Shown: positions 24,589 through 32,000 of the stretch, piece by piece | Numbering within the stretch: position 1 is the stretch's first letter | How the letters are laid out: each line of letters begins with the position of its first letter | Source of the DNA: Thermoproteus sp. | GTDB lineage: Archaea > Thermoproteota > Thermoprotei > Thermoproteales > Thermoproteaceae | DNA length: 32,000 nucleotides | Direction of reading: 5' to 3' | Assembly: GCA_049976425.1 (NCBI GenBank) | Contig: JBMFIG010000001.1 | Coordinates: 1-32,000, forward strand | Position numbers and translations under genes: made by a program | The notes under the pieces: generated by a model | What the model was told of the DNA's origin: nothing | Database searches by the model: none | What the model saw: only the letters and a program-made list of their open reading frames with translations

Positions 24589-25322
24589 AGCAACCGCCTG
24601 TGCCTCTGCTGGTAGAGGGCAGAAGAGCTGACGGGAGGACGCCAGACCAGATGCGTGAGGTCAAGATATCTGTCGGCGTTATCTCCAACGCCGACGGCTC
24701 CGCCATGGTGTCCTACGGCAACACCACGGCCGTTGCTGCAGTATACGGCCCGCGCGAGATGCACCCGAGGCATTTGTCCCTGCCGGATCGCGCCGTTATG
24801 CGCGTGAGGTACCACATGGCGCCCTTCAGCACTAGGGACGAGCGCAAGAACCCGGCGCCGTCGCGCCGCGAGATAGAGATCTCGAAGGTGTTGAGGGAGG
24901 CGCTTGAGCCCGCGATATTTCTGGAGCAGTTCCCGCGTTCCCGCATAGACGTATTCGTCGAGATAGTCCAGGCAGACGGATCCACGCGGGTGGCCTCGTT
25001 GACCGCGGCATCCCTCGCGCTCGCCGACGCTGGCGTGCCCATGAGGGATTTGGTGATAGGCGTATCGGTCGGCCTAGTCAACGGCACCGTCGTGTTGGAT
25101 CTCAACGGGCTTGAGGACAACTACGGCGAGGGCGATATGCCGGTCGGATATATGCCGAACCTAGGCCGGATAACCCTCTTACAGCTCGACGGCTCGTGGA
25201 GTAGGGATAAGTTCGCCGAGGCCTTAAGGCTCGCCATAAAGGGGGCCGAGTACGTCTACGGCAAGGCGCGCGAGGCGCTTAAGACAAAATACTTTGAAAT
25301 AGCCGAGGAAGTAGCCAAATAA
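24585..25322 (+). CDS. rrp41: exosome RNase PH subunit Rrp41
   Basis: 245 aa. RADGRTPDQMREVKISVGVISNADGSAMVSYGNTTAVAAVYGPRE. ATGA overlap with rrp4. Confidence 0.92.
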   Translation: MKQPPVPLLVEGRRADGRTPDQMREVKISVGVISNADGSAMVSYGNTTAVAAVYGPREMHPRHLSLPDRAVMRVRYHMAPFSTRDERKNPAPSRREIEISKVLREALEPAIFLEQFPRSRIDVFVEIVQADGSTRVASLTAASLALADAGVPMRDLVIGVSVGLVNGTVVLDLNGLEDNYGEGDMPVGYMPNLGRITLLQLDGSWSRDKFAEALRLAIKGAEYVYGKAREALKTKYFEIAEEVAK

Positions 25323-26143
25323 TGGCGTCAATATCGCCCTACAGCAAACGCTTCATCTCGTACATACGACGTAACCAGATAAGGAGGCTTATATCCTCGG
25401 GCGTTAGGATAGACGGCAGAACGCCGGATCAGCTGAGGGAGGTATCCATTACGACTAACGTGGTCAACACGGCTGACGGATCGGCGGAGGCATTGTTGGG
25501 AAAGACCAGGGTCGTGGCCGGGGTTAAGGTCGGCCTGGGCCAGCCGTTTCCCGACGCGCCTGATGAGGGGGTGTTGATCGTAAACGCCGAGATCTTGCCC
25601 CACGCATCTCCCTACAGCGAGATAGGACCGCCGGACGAGACGGCCATAGAGCTCGCCCGCGTTGTCGACCGCGGCATACGCCACAGCGGCTTCGTGGACT
25701 TTAAGAAGCTGGCGATAGACCAGAACAAGGTCTACGTACTTTGGGTAGATCTCTATGTCCTAAACGACGACGGCAACCTCGTCGACGCCGCGAACCTCGC
25801 CGCTCTGGCTGCGTTGAGATCCACCATGTTGCCGTCGGCGGTCAAGGACGAGACAGGAGTCAAGTTAGATAGAAATAGCAAGACGGCGCTTCCGTCCGAT
25901 CTATCCAAGGCGCCGATAGCCGTCTCGATAGGGAAAATAGACAACCGTCTCATAGTGGATCCCAACTTCGAGGAGGAGCTCTCGCTGGACGGCCGAATAA
26001 CCGTGACCATAGCTCAAGACTCCATAGTGTCTATACAGAAGACGATGGGCTACTTCACGGAACAAGAGCTTGGGCAAGCGGTGGATCTCGCCTACTCTGT
26101 CAGGGATAAGTTCAGGGATATATTGCTGAAGAGTCTGGTCTAG
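25322..26143 (+). CDS. rrp42: exosome RNase PH-like subunit Rrp42
   Basis: 273 aa. RIDGRTPDQLREVSITTNVVNTADGSAEALLGKTRVVAGVK. TAATG overlap with rrp41. Confidence 0.9.
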   Translation: MASISPYSKRFISYIRRNQIRRLISSGVRIDGRTPDQLREVSITTNVVNTADGSAEALLGKTRVVAGVKVGLGQPFPDAPDEGVLIVNAEILPHASPYSEIGPPDETAIELARVVDRGIRHSGFVDFKKLAIDQNKVYVLWVDLYVLNDDGNLVDAANLAALAALRSTMLPSAVKDETGVKLDRNSKTALPSDLSKAPIAVSIGKIDNRLIVDPNFEEELSLDGRITVTIAQDSIVSIQKTMGYFTEQELGQAVDLAYSVRDKFRDILLKSLV

Positions 26144-26173
26144 CCGGGGCCCTGTATCAAGCCGTCGGCCGCT

Positions 26174-26185
26174 AAATTTTATATA
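26174..26185 (+). promoter_or_regulatory. TATA box for the eL43-Brix-Pcc1 unit
   Basis: AAATTTTATATA, centred ~25 nt upstream of ATG 26205. Confidence 0.5.
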
Positions 26186-26204
26186 GCCCAGATCATTTGG
26201 GCCC

Positions 26205-26522
26205 ATGCCTTATAGCCACACCAAGGTAGTGGGGCCCGCGGGCAGATACGGCGCGCGCTACGGCATGGGCATAAGGAGGAAGATAACCGCTATAGAGGTC
26301 AAGCAGAGGGGCCTACATCGCTGTCCCAACTGTAGATCATTAGTTAGGCTGAGGCGCCTCGCTTTCGGCATCTGGCAATGCCCCAAATGCGGCTTCACCT
26401 TCGCCGGCGGCGCTTGGATCCCACAGACGATACTGGGCAGGACTCTGACTCCTGAGGAGCTTAAGCAAGTCGAGATACAGAAGGCCAGGTGGAGAGGGGC
26501 GTCGCAAGAATCCGGCTCGTGA
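26205..26522 (+). CDS. rpl37ae: 50S ribosomal protein L37Ae (eL43)
   Basis: 105 aa. GRYGARYG...RKI..IE..QRG.H.CPNC...V.R...GIWQCPKCGFTFAGGAW zinc-ribbon signature. Confidence 0.92.
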   Translation: MPYSHTKVVGPAGRYGARYGMGIRRKITAIEVKQRGLHRCPNCRSLVRLRRLAFGIWQCPKCGFTFAGGAWIPQTILGRTLTPEELKQVEIQKARWRGASQESGS

Positions 26523-27079
26523 CGAGAGTCCTGGCGACTTCCTCTCGACTCTATTCCAAAAAAATTAACGAGTTCCTGAACGAGTTCTCGGTTGCGTTGC
26601 CCGGCGTCGAGAAAATAGTGAGGGGGAAACGGTCCTACAGGGCTTTGCTGGAAGAAGCGGTAATTAGGGGCGCCAGATACATCATGTTAGTGACCTCTCG
26701 ACGAGGCAACCCTGCATCTCTGGAGTTCTTAGACGTAGCGGGGCGCCGCTGGCTCCCCTACTCGATCCCCATATCCGGCGTGAAGATGCGGGAGGATCTC
26801 CAGATATATGTGGCCAGAAAGCCCAAGGCTTGTTGCGCGGCTATAGTTGACTACACGGCGAGCGAGCTGGCCGACGTGTTTCTAGAGGTGTTCGGGTATC
26901 CACTGTTCTACTCCGTGGATCTAGAGAAGATTAGAGGCCGTTACGACACGTTGGTGGTGATCAGGGGGAGGCCGGGGAGCTACTTAGTAGAGCTAATCGA
27001 CGGGAGGGATCTAGGGCCGCGAGGTCTTGCTATAAAAGTTAAAGGGATAAAAATTAAATATGTACGAAATATTAATTAG
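26519..27079 (+). CDS. Brix-domain (Imp4-like) ribosome biogenesis protein
   Basis: In-frame GTG 26519 overlaps the eL43 stop (GTGA). ...RVLATSSRLYSKKINEFLNEF...ARYIMLVTSRRGNPASLEFLD... fits the archaeal Brix family, which normally follows L37Ae in the superoperon. Confidence 0.75.
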   Translation: MTRVLATSSRLYSKKINEFLNEFSVALPGVEKIVRGKRSYRALLEEAVIRGARYIMLVTSRRGNPASLEFLDVAGRRWLPYSIPISGVKMREDLQIYVARKPKACCAAIVDYTASELADVFLEVFGYPLFYSVDLEKIRGRYDTLVVIRGRPGSYLVELIDGRDLGPRGLAIKVKGIKIKYVRNIN

Positions 27080-27281
27080 GATTAAAAAAGATGAAATTAT
27101 TGAAAAAATATTTAAATCATTGGAAAAAGAAGTGGTTTTTCATAGAGGAAGAATTAAAATATTTGACAAGGGAGATCAACTCGAGGTGCGGGCGTATGCG
27201 GCCGATATAGCTAGCGCCAGGAGCTTGGCCAACACGATATTGAGAGTACTCTACGTAATTGAGGGCGTCGAGGGACTCTAG
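27060..27281 (+). CDS. pcc1: KEOPS subunit Pcc1-like protein
   Basis: 73 aa. Pattern ...IEKIFKSLEKEV...GRIKIFDKGDQLEVRAYAADIASARSLANTILRVLYVIEGV resembles Pcc1 (A-x-D-x-x-x-x-R-x-x-x-N-x-x-L-R). Superoperon position. Confidence 0.6.
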   Translation: MYEILIRIKKDEIIEKIFKSLEKEVVFHRGRIKIFDKGDQLEVRAYAADIASARSLANTILRVLYVIEGVEGL

Positions 27282-27289
27282 GCATCCGA

Positions 27290-27302
27290 AAAAATTTAAA
27301 GG
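27290..27302 (+). promoter_or_regulatory. TATA box for the prefoldin-beta unit
   Basis: AAAAATTTAAAGG, with the TTTAAA core ~24 nt upstream of ATG 27321. Confidence 0.5.
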
Positions 27303-27320
27303 GTGCTCGGTCTCATCCTC

Positions 27321-27716
27321 ATGGCTCAACTCCCGCCGTCGCTTCAAGATCTCGTGAATAGGTTTCAGCAGGCGCAGAACCAGCTACAGAGCGTCTTGCT
27401 TAGGAAACAACAGTACGAGGCCGAGTTGCGGGATGTGGAGAAGGCGATGGGCGAGATAGAGAAATTGCCGCAGGACGCCAAGGTCTATAAATCTGTGGGC
27501 AATTTCCTTCTACAGACAAGCAGAGACGTAGCTCTCCAAGAATTGAAGGAGAGGAAGGAGCTCCTCGAGCTACACATAAAGACCCTCTCGAGACAGGAGT
27601 CTATGTTGAGGGAACAGCTGGACAAACTGCGAGATGATATAAATAAAGAGTTGGCTCGGATTAGAGGAGGTGGAGAGAAGCAACAGACAGGCGCGGCCGC
27701 AAAGGGAGGAGGTTAA
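27321..27716 (+). CDS. pfdB: prefoldin subunit beta
   Basis: MAQLPPSLQDLVNRFQQAQNQLQSV...KVYKSVGNFLLQTSRDVALQELKERKELLELHIKTL is the coiled-coil/beta-hairpin/coiled-coil prefoldin-beta pattern. ATG 27321 is favoured over the track start 27303 by promoter spacing. Confidence 0.85.
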   Translation: MAQLPPSLQDLVNRFQQAQNQLQSVLLRKQQYEAELRDVEKAMGEIEKLPQDAKVYKSVGNFLLQTSRDVALQELKERKELLELHIKTLSRQESMLREQLDKLRDDINKELARIRGGGEKQQTGAAAKGGG

Positions 27717-28008
27717 CGTAGCTGAGCTGATATCGGAGGTGGTATATGAATACCTCTCTAGAGAATTAGGCGAGGAGTTCGTCGAGGCGGAAGTCGAGGT
27801 GGCGTTCGATGGCAATTCTGTGACGGTGTCGGTGGAGGCAGGCGCGGGCGCTCTCGTCGAGGAGGACAGGTTGAGGGAGATTGTCGACAAGGCGGCGGAG
27901 CTCGGGATAACCGTCGCCGATTTGGTAAAGGAAGGGGCGGTACAGCCCAGCGATGACAGAAGGCATGTACTTAGAGAGGCTCTTAAACGTATTAGGGAAT
28001 CGGCGTAG
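27670..28008 (+). CDS. conserved acidic hypothetical protein (DUF3194-like; start uncertain)
   Basis: 112-aa ORF overlapping the pfdB 3' end. The family name is a recollection from superoperon context, not a verified match. An internal GTG near 27738 is an alternative start. Confidence 0.5.
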   Translation: MERSNRQARPQREEVNVAELISEVVYEYLSRELGEEFVEAEVEVAFDGNSVTVSVEAGAGALVEEDRLREIVDKAAELGITVADLVKEGAVQPSDDRRHVLREALKRIRESA

Positions 28009-28876
28009 GATCGCCGTAGTCACGCATAGACACGCGGATCTTGACGCCTTAGGCTGTGCCCTGGTGCTCCGCGACGTCCTGGAGGGCCTAGGCCGTGAGG
28101 CAGTTGTTGTGTGTCCCGACGGCGTGGCCAAGGACGCCGATCCCTACGCTAGGTGTTCCGAGGAGGTGCCGCCTGACATAGAGATGGCCGTGTTGGCGGA
28201 TGTCGCATCGCTGGCGCAGGTCCCTCCCATGGACGTGCCGTTGGCGATATTCGACCACCACGCAGTCGGCGACGAGTTGCCCGGCGTGAGGGAGGAGAGG
28301 CCCAGCTGTAGCGAGATGGCGTTGGAGCTTGCCATCGAGGCGGGCGTGAGGCCCAAGCGCGATTCATTGATAGCGGCGGCTCTGGGGATCTACGCAGATA
28401 CGGCCAGATTGTTAAGAGCAGACAAGAGGACCTTAGCCGCGATCTCCTTCGCGATATCGGAGATAGGGCCGCTCGAGAAGTATATAGTACAACAAGGGGA
28501 GGAACGATCCCTCAAGATGGCCAAGCTCAAGGCGCTGGCGCGCCTCGCGATCTACGAAACCAGGCTGGGCGTGATTTGCGCCACCCACGTAGACGCCTAC
28601 GAGTCGGACGTGGCCGCTCTGTTGACCTCGGCCGGATGCGACGTGGCGATCGTTGCATCGCGTCACGGCGGCGAGGTGAGGCTCGTGTATAGATCGCATA
28701 AGGTGGACGTCGGCGAGATGGCGGCGAGGATAGGCGAGCTTCTAGGAGGGAGCGGAGGAGGCCATAGAGGCGCCTCTGTGACCACAGTGAAGATGAGGGC
28801 GACCAAGGCCGATCTGCCGAGGCTGTTAGGGGACGTGGTCCGCGCCCTGGATCCCGACGCGAGGCCGCTTAGCTGA
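27953..28876 (+). CDS. DHH/DHHA1 phosphoesterase (NrnA/RecJ-like)
   Basis: 307 aa. Motif I VVTHRHADLDALG, motif III AIFDHHAV, DHHA1 motif GGSGGGHRGASV. Confidence 0.85.
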   Translation: MTEGMYLERLLNVLGNRRRIAVVTHRHADLDALGCALVLRDVLEGLGREAVVVCPDGVAKDADPYARCSEEVPPDIEMAVLADVASLAQVPPMDVPLAIFDHHAVGDELPGVREERPSCSEMALELAIEAGVRPKRDSLIAAALGIYADTARLLRADKRTLAAISFAISEIGPLEKYIVQQGEERSLKMAKLKALARLAIYETRLGVICATHVDAYESDVAALLTSAGCDVAIVASRHGGEVRLVYRSHKVDVGEMAARIGELLGGSGGGHRGASVTTVKMRATKADLPRLLGDVVRALDPDARPLS

Positions 28877-29414
28877 GCATCTCCACCCTCCGTATCCTCA
28901 GTCCGCACGAGGGACACCCCATCACGATGTGGCTGATCAGAGATCTATATTTCGCCGAGAAGATCTTCTCCGACACATATATCCTCATCCGCGCGCTGGC
29001 GCAGTTGGGGCATATATCGCCGTCGCCCAGGCCCTGGCCGATTTTAAACGGCCTGAAAGCCATGGCGTGGCCCACGGCCTCCTCTAGACCCTCCTCGATA
29101 TCCGCGGCGTTGACGCCGATTAGCTTAACGCCGAGATCCCTACCGTACCACCTATTGATCCTGTCGGCAACGCTCTGGAGCTCGTCGATCACGAGATAAG
29201 GCCTATACGCGACAACCACCAGCACATCTGAATTGAACAACTTCAGATAGTCGGCAAGCTCTAGGGGGTCTACATCGAATATATGGCTCCTCTCTGGGCA
29301 CCAGAACGAAACGTAGAGGTTGCCGAGCGCCGCGTACAAGAAGTCGGATTTATGTTCGACCACCTTGAACCCTCTGCCTGCTATATACTCCTCCACCTTC
29401 TGGCAATCCTTCAC
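28869..29414 (-). CDS. hypothetical protein with C-terminal 2xCxxC zinc ribbon
   Basis: 181 aa, GTG start. The C-terminus CPNC...(about 30 aa)...CPSC forms a zinc-ribbon-like pair. The N-terminal alpha/beta domain is not recognised. Confidence 0.55.
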   Translation of the reverse strand: MKDCQKVEEYIAGRGFKVVEHKSDFLYAALGNLYVSFWCPERSHIFDVDPLELADYLKLFNSDVLVVVAYRPYLVIDELQSVADRINRWYGRDLGVKLIGVNAADIEEGLEEAVGHAMAFRPFKIGQGLGDGDICPNCASARMRIYVSEKIFSAKYRSLISHIVMGCPSCGLRIRRVEMLS

Positions 29415-29416
29415 AA

Positions 29417-29444
29417 GGCTTTAATTACCTCCAGATTTAAAGCC
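29417..29444. promoter_or_regulatory. palindromic divergent promoter/operator
   Basis: Perfect 8-bp inverted repeat GGCTTTAA (29417-29424) / TTAAAGCC (29437-29444) with a 12-nt spacer. Each arm is TATA-like. The right arm is ~25 nt from GTG 29414 (minus). The left arm is ~35 nt from ATG 29457 (plus). Confidence 0.45.
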
Positions 29445-29456
29445 GTGCGTTGCCCT

Positions 29457-29609
29457 ATGTATAGATCCACAGCCGACGGGATCCGATGTATACTAATACC
29501 CCCTGAGGAGTGGCGGATAAGCAAGGCGCAACTAGAGAAGTACTGCAACAATGGAGGATCCGGGTGCTCTATATACGCTAGGTATATGTCGGTCAAGGGC
29601 AAATTCTAG
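29457..29609 (+). CDS. small Cys-containing hypothetical protein (50 aa)
   Basis: Hand translation from ATG 29457: MYRSTADGIRCILIPPEEWRISKAQLEKYCNNGGSGCSIYARYMSVKGKF. It is the 3' part of track ORF 29283..29609, whose upstream part is antisense to the zinc-ribbon gene. Promoter geometry supports the short form. Confidence 0.35.
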   Translation: MYRSTADGIRCILIPPEEWRISKAQLEKYCNNGGSGCSIYARYMSVKGKF

Positions 29610-31444
29610 CGTCTTAATCTGAGGTAAACCATGGAGATAGCCACTAGTATCCCTGCGAGCGCCGCCAGCGATGTGGGAAGCTCTCTTCCTGAATTAGTAG
29701 CTACGCTGGGGGTAGTCAAGTTGAAGGTGAAAGAGGCAGGATTAACGGCAATAGGAAGCGTTAAGACGAACTCGTACCTTATAATGCCAGTGCCATATAT
29801 CTTTTTATAGGTTTTAGCTACCGAACTAAAATACTCATATCTCTCTATCGTTTTTGTGATATTGTATCTATAGTTTGATATTATAGAGTTAACTAGACCA
29901 AGGTAGGGAAGCTCGCCTTCCAACGCCGTAGAGAGGGACTTAATCTGACCTGCGCTGTATTTTAAAGATCTCGAGGCGGAGATTAGATAGGCAACGCCGT
30001 CGTTAATAGGCGCAACTAGCCGGTTTACCTGGCCCGCCACGACGGTCAGGTTGTTCGCTATATCCACTAGAGATCTGGAGGCGTTTATTATTATCGGCGG
30101 CATCTCCCTCAACATGGCAGTGGCGTTCCGCCTCGTGGCCAACGCTGTTTGATTTAACAAACCCTCCACTTGGCCCAGCTGGCCGCCGATAGCCACCAAA
30201 GCGTTTCTGGTAGTGGAGACTATGCCGATTAAGGCGCCCACAGAGGTCTTGGCGGAGTCCACCGTAGATTGCAAGCTCTGGATCAAATCGATTGCGTAGT
30301 CCAGCTCTTGGTTCAACGCCTTTGTTGCGTTTTCTACCAATGTATTATTTGAATTTATTTGATTAACTTTTTGTTTTATGGAAATAAGATTTAAATAAAT
30401 TCTATTAATAGAATTTTCGGCACTTTGTAAGGAGAAGTAAATTGTGTATAGATTTCCCTCTATAGAATTGAGAGCCTGCACGGAGGTCGAGAGGGAATTT
30501 TCATAGGCCCCTATCGCTATTGCCTGGGTTTCCAGTGCGTTGGAAAGGGTGGTAAGATAGGCGTATTCGTACTGTATAAGGAGCAGTGATCTATTCAGGG
30601 TAGACGCAACGCCGAGAAGAGACGCCGATATGGCGGCTAGTTGGGAGTTGAGCGCCTTCACCACGTACTGCGACGCGTTCAAGCCTTTGGCCCCTTCCTC
30701 GAACGCCGCCGAGCTCAAGTTCAGCACACTGACTAGGTTATTCAAATTATTTGTAGTGTTATATATTAAGTTATTAAATATATTAACAGCATATGTTAAA
30801 TTATTTAAATAATTATATGTATTATTTAAAACAATTATAGAGCTGTTGGCTTGTTCTATATAGCCAGAGAGATCTATGTCCGATATTATCTCAACTGAAG
30901 GGAGATTCGCGGCGCCGAAGTCGCCGAAGTTCACGACTCTGTAAGATATAGAGAACTTCTTTTCATAGCTGACGAAGAAAGTCCATTGATATACCGTCGT
31001 GCCCCCCAGATTTTCAACTCCAGAGGGAGCCACGTCGCTCATTATCTCAACGCCGGGCGGCCTCTGTACTAGCACCGTCACAGGTATGCTGAAGGGCATA
31101 TAATTCTTTATTATAAAGTTTATTTTAATTAATGAATTATTTGAGCAATATAATTCATTATTTGTAAGTGACGCATTAATATATGTTATATTATAGAAAA
31201 TAGCTATAGGAGGAGGATAGGATCCGTTGGCTGGGATGTATATGACGGAGGCGCCGAAGGGGGGCACCACGTGGCCTAGATACTCCATAGGCCTCGAGGA
31301 GTTGTTGACCACGAAGTACATGTACTGATACGTCGTGGATACGACGCCGCTGTACGAGGCGCTTGTGGATATTATCAACGTGGGCTCCATAGCCCATACG
31401 ACCGATGTTGACAGCAACAGTAGCAAGGCGATTTTTATCTCCAT
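29606..31444 (-). CDS. surface (glyco)protein: signal peptide, beta-rich N domain, long helical/coiled-coil stalk, C-terminal TM anchor (SlaB-like or YhgE/Pip-like architecture)
   Basis: 612 aa. N-terminal MEIKIALLLLLSTSVVWA. C-terminal LPTSLAALAGILVAISMVYLRLRR. I count about 20 N-x-S/T sequons. The central ~300 aa is an N/L/S/A/Q-rich helical repeat region. Its start overlaps the ABC ATPase stop by 10 nt. Confidence 0.7.
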   Translation of the reverse strand: MEIKIALLLLLSTSVVWAMEPTLIISTSASYSGVVSTTYQYMYFVVNNSSRPMEYLGHVVPPFGASVIYIPANGSYPPPIAIFYNITYINASLTNNELYCSNNSLIKINFIIKNYMPFSIPVTVLVQRPPGVEIMSDVAPSGVENLGGTTVYQWTFFVSYEKKFSISYRVVNFGDFGAANLPSVEIISDIDLSGYIEQANSSIIVLNNTYNYLNNLTYAVNIFNNLIYNTTNNLNNLVSVLNLSSAAFEEGAKGLNASQYVVKALNSQLAAISASLLGVASTLNRSLLLIQYEYAYLTTLSNALETQAIAIGAYENSLSTSVQALNSIEGNLYTIYFSLQSAENSINRIYLNLISIKQKVNQINSNNTLVENATKALNQELDYAIDLIQSLQSTVDSAKTSVGALIGIVSTTRNALVAIGGQLGQVEGLLNQTALATRRNATAMLREMPPIIINASRSLVDIANNLTVVAGQVNRLVAPINDGVAYLISASRSLKYSAGQIKSLSTALEGELPYLGLVNSIISNYRYNITKTIERYEYFSSVAKTYKKIYGTGIIRYEFVLTLPIAVNPASFTFNLTTPSVATNSGRELPTSLAALAGILVAISMVYLRLRR

Positions 31445-32000
31445 GCAGAGTCTATAGCTCTGATCTTTTCATATATCTCTTTTGCCTTATCTACATCTAT
31501 TCTTATCTCGCCTCTCGGGATTTCGCCATCCACCACATACCCGCCTCTGACGGTGTAGACCTTATCCGCTATCGCCGCGACGTCGGGGTCGTGTGTCGCT
31601 ATGAGGACAGTGGTCCTCCACGCCTTGTTTAGGGCTAATATCAAGCTGAGTATGGCGGAGGCGTTTTCCAGATCCACGTTAGACGTAGGCTCGTCCAGTA
31701 TCAGAAGCTCGGGGCTGTTGGCCAATGCGCGCGCCAGCGCGGCGCGTTGTTGCATGCCGCCCGACAGCTGGATGGGATACCTCTCTGCCGAGTCCTCAAG
31801 GCCGACGAGCCTCAATAGCAACTTGGCCTTGGCCTTAGCCAAGTCCTTGGGCATACCTGCGGCCAACATCGGCAACATCACGTTCTGCAACGCCGTTAGG
31901 TACGGGACTAGGTTATACGACTGGAATAGATAGCCTATTCTCAAGAGCCTGAACCGCTCCAGCCTCCTCTCGTCGAGGCCCGTCACGTCGGTTCCCAGCA
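31435..32000 (-). CDS. ABC transporter ATP-binding protein (MacB/LolD-like), 5' end beyond the window
   Basis: Q-loop region IGYLFQSYNLVPYLTALQNVMLP, signature LSGGMQQRAALARAL, Walker B LLILDEPTSNVD, H-loop IATHD. The frame stays open to position 32000, so the Walker A region lies outside the window. Confidence 0.9.
   Translation of the reverse strand, partial: LGTDVTGLDERRLERFRLLRIGYLFQSYNLVPYLTALQNVMLPMLAAGMPKDLAKAKAKLLLRLVGLEDSAERYPIQLSGGMQQRAALARALANSPELLILDEPTSNVDLENASAILSLILALNKAWRTTVLIATHDPDVAAIADKVYTVRGGYVVDGEIPRGEIRIDVDKAKEIYEKIRAIDSAWR

Noticed and set aside
23317-25120. Minus-strand ORFs (23317..23742, 23360..23839, 23800..24513, 24048..24815, 24713..25120) across SBDS/rrp4/rrp41
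   Set aside because: They overlap strongly supported plus-strand exosome genes that are chained by stop/start overlaps. The antisense products lack motifs, so I consider them shadow ORFs.
23066-27320. Longer N-terminal extensions offered by the ORF track for SBDS (23066), rrp4 (23767), Brix (26489) and prefoldin beta (27303)
   Set aside because: In each case an in-frame ATG/GTG further downstream coincides with the start of family homology, and with either a stop/start overlap (TGATG, GTGA) or a TATA box ~25 nt upstream. The upstream extensions overlap neighbouring genes or promoters.

Overview
Gene-dense, GC-rich chromosomal segment that reads as a Thermoproteales-type crenarchaeon (Pyrobaculum/Thermoproteus-like). 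Three things support this: the crenactin 'arcade' operon is present, most genes have a TATA-like box about 22-30 nt upstream of the start codon (leaderless layout), and many starts are GTG/TTG with neighbouring genes overlapping by 1-17 nt.

Gene order, left to right:
- partial intron-containing tRNA-Trp (-)
- pyrE-pyrD (-)
- Nudix hydrolase and an MFS-like permease (+)
- a large multi-cluster radical-SAM enzyme of the Tes/GDGT-MAS type (-), divergent from a TrmB-family regulator (+)
- the arcade cluster (-, 6.4-11.9 kb): arcadin-1, crenactin, arcadin-2, a 58-aa ORF missing from the ORF track, Rad50/SMC-like arcadin-4, and a tightly linked 220-aa gene
- Alba (-)
- a membrane-tethered wHTH protein and an Mtq2/HemK-like methyltransferase (+)
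- an AbrB-PhoU protein (-)
- topoisomerase VI, with its B and A genes separated by a three-gene block (-)
- a ThiN-domain HTH regulator (-)
- a degenerate ABC/SMC-head-like ATPase (+)
- UPF0201 (-)
- the archaeal proteasome/exosome superoperon (+, 22.1-28.9 kb): psmA, SBDS, rrp4, rrp41, rrp42, eL43, Brix, Pcc1, prefoldin beta, a DUF3194-like ORF, and a DHH/DHHA1 phosphoesterase
- a zinc-ribbon protein (-), a 50-aa Cys-containing ORF (+), a 612-aa sequon-rich coiled-coil surface protein, and a truncated MacB/LolD-type ABC ATPase (-)

I saw no CRISPR array, rRNA, transposase or integrase.

Most noteworthy:
- the complete arcade cytoskeleton operon with two extra candidate components and a Rad50-style CxxC hook in arcadin-4
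- the split top6B/top6A arrangement
- a mosaic of extremely AT-rich, in-frame patches inside otherwise ~60% GC genes

All functional calls rest on motif reading and memory of the protein families. No database search was run.
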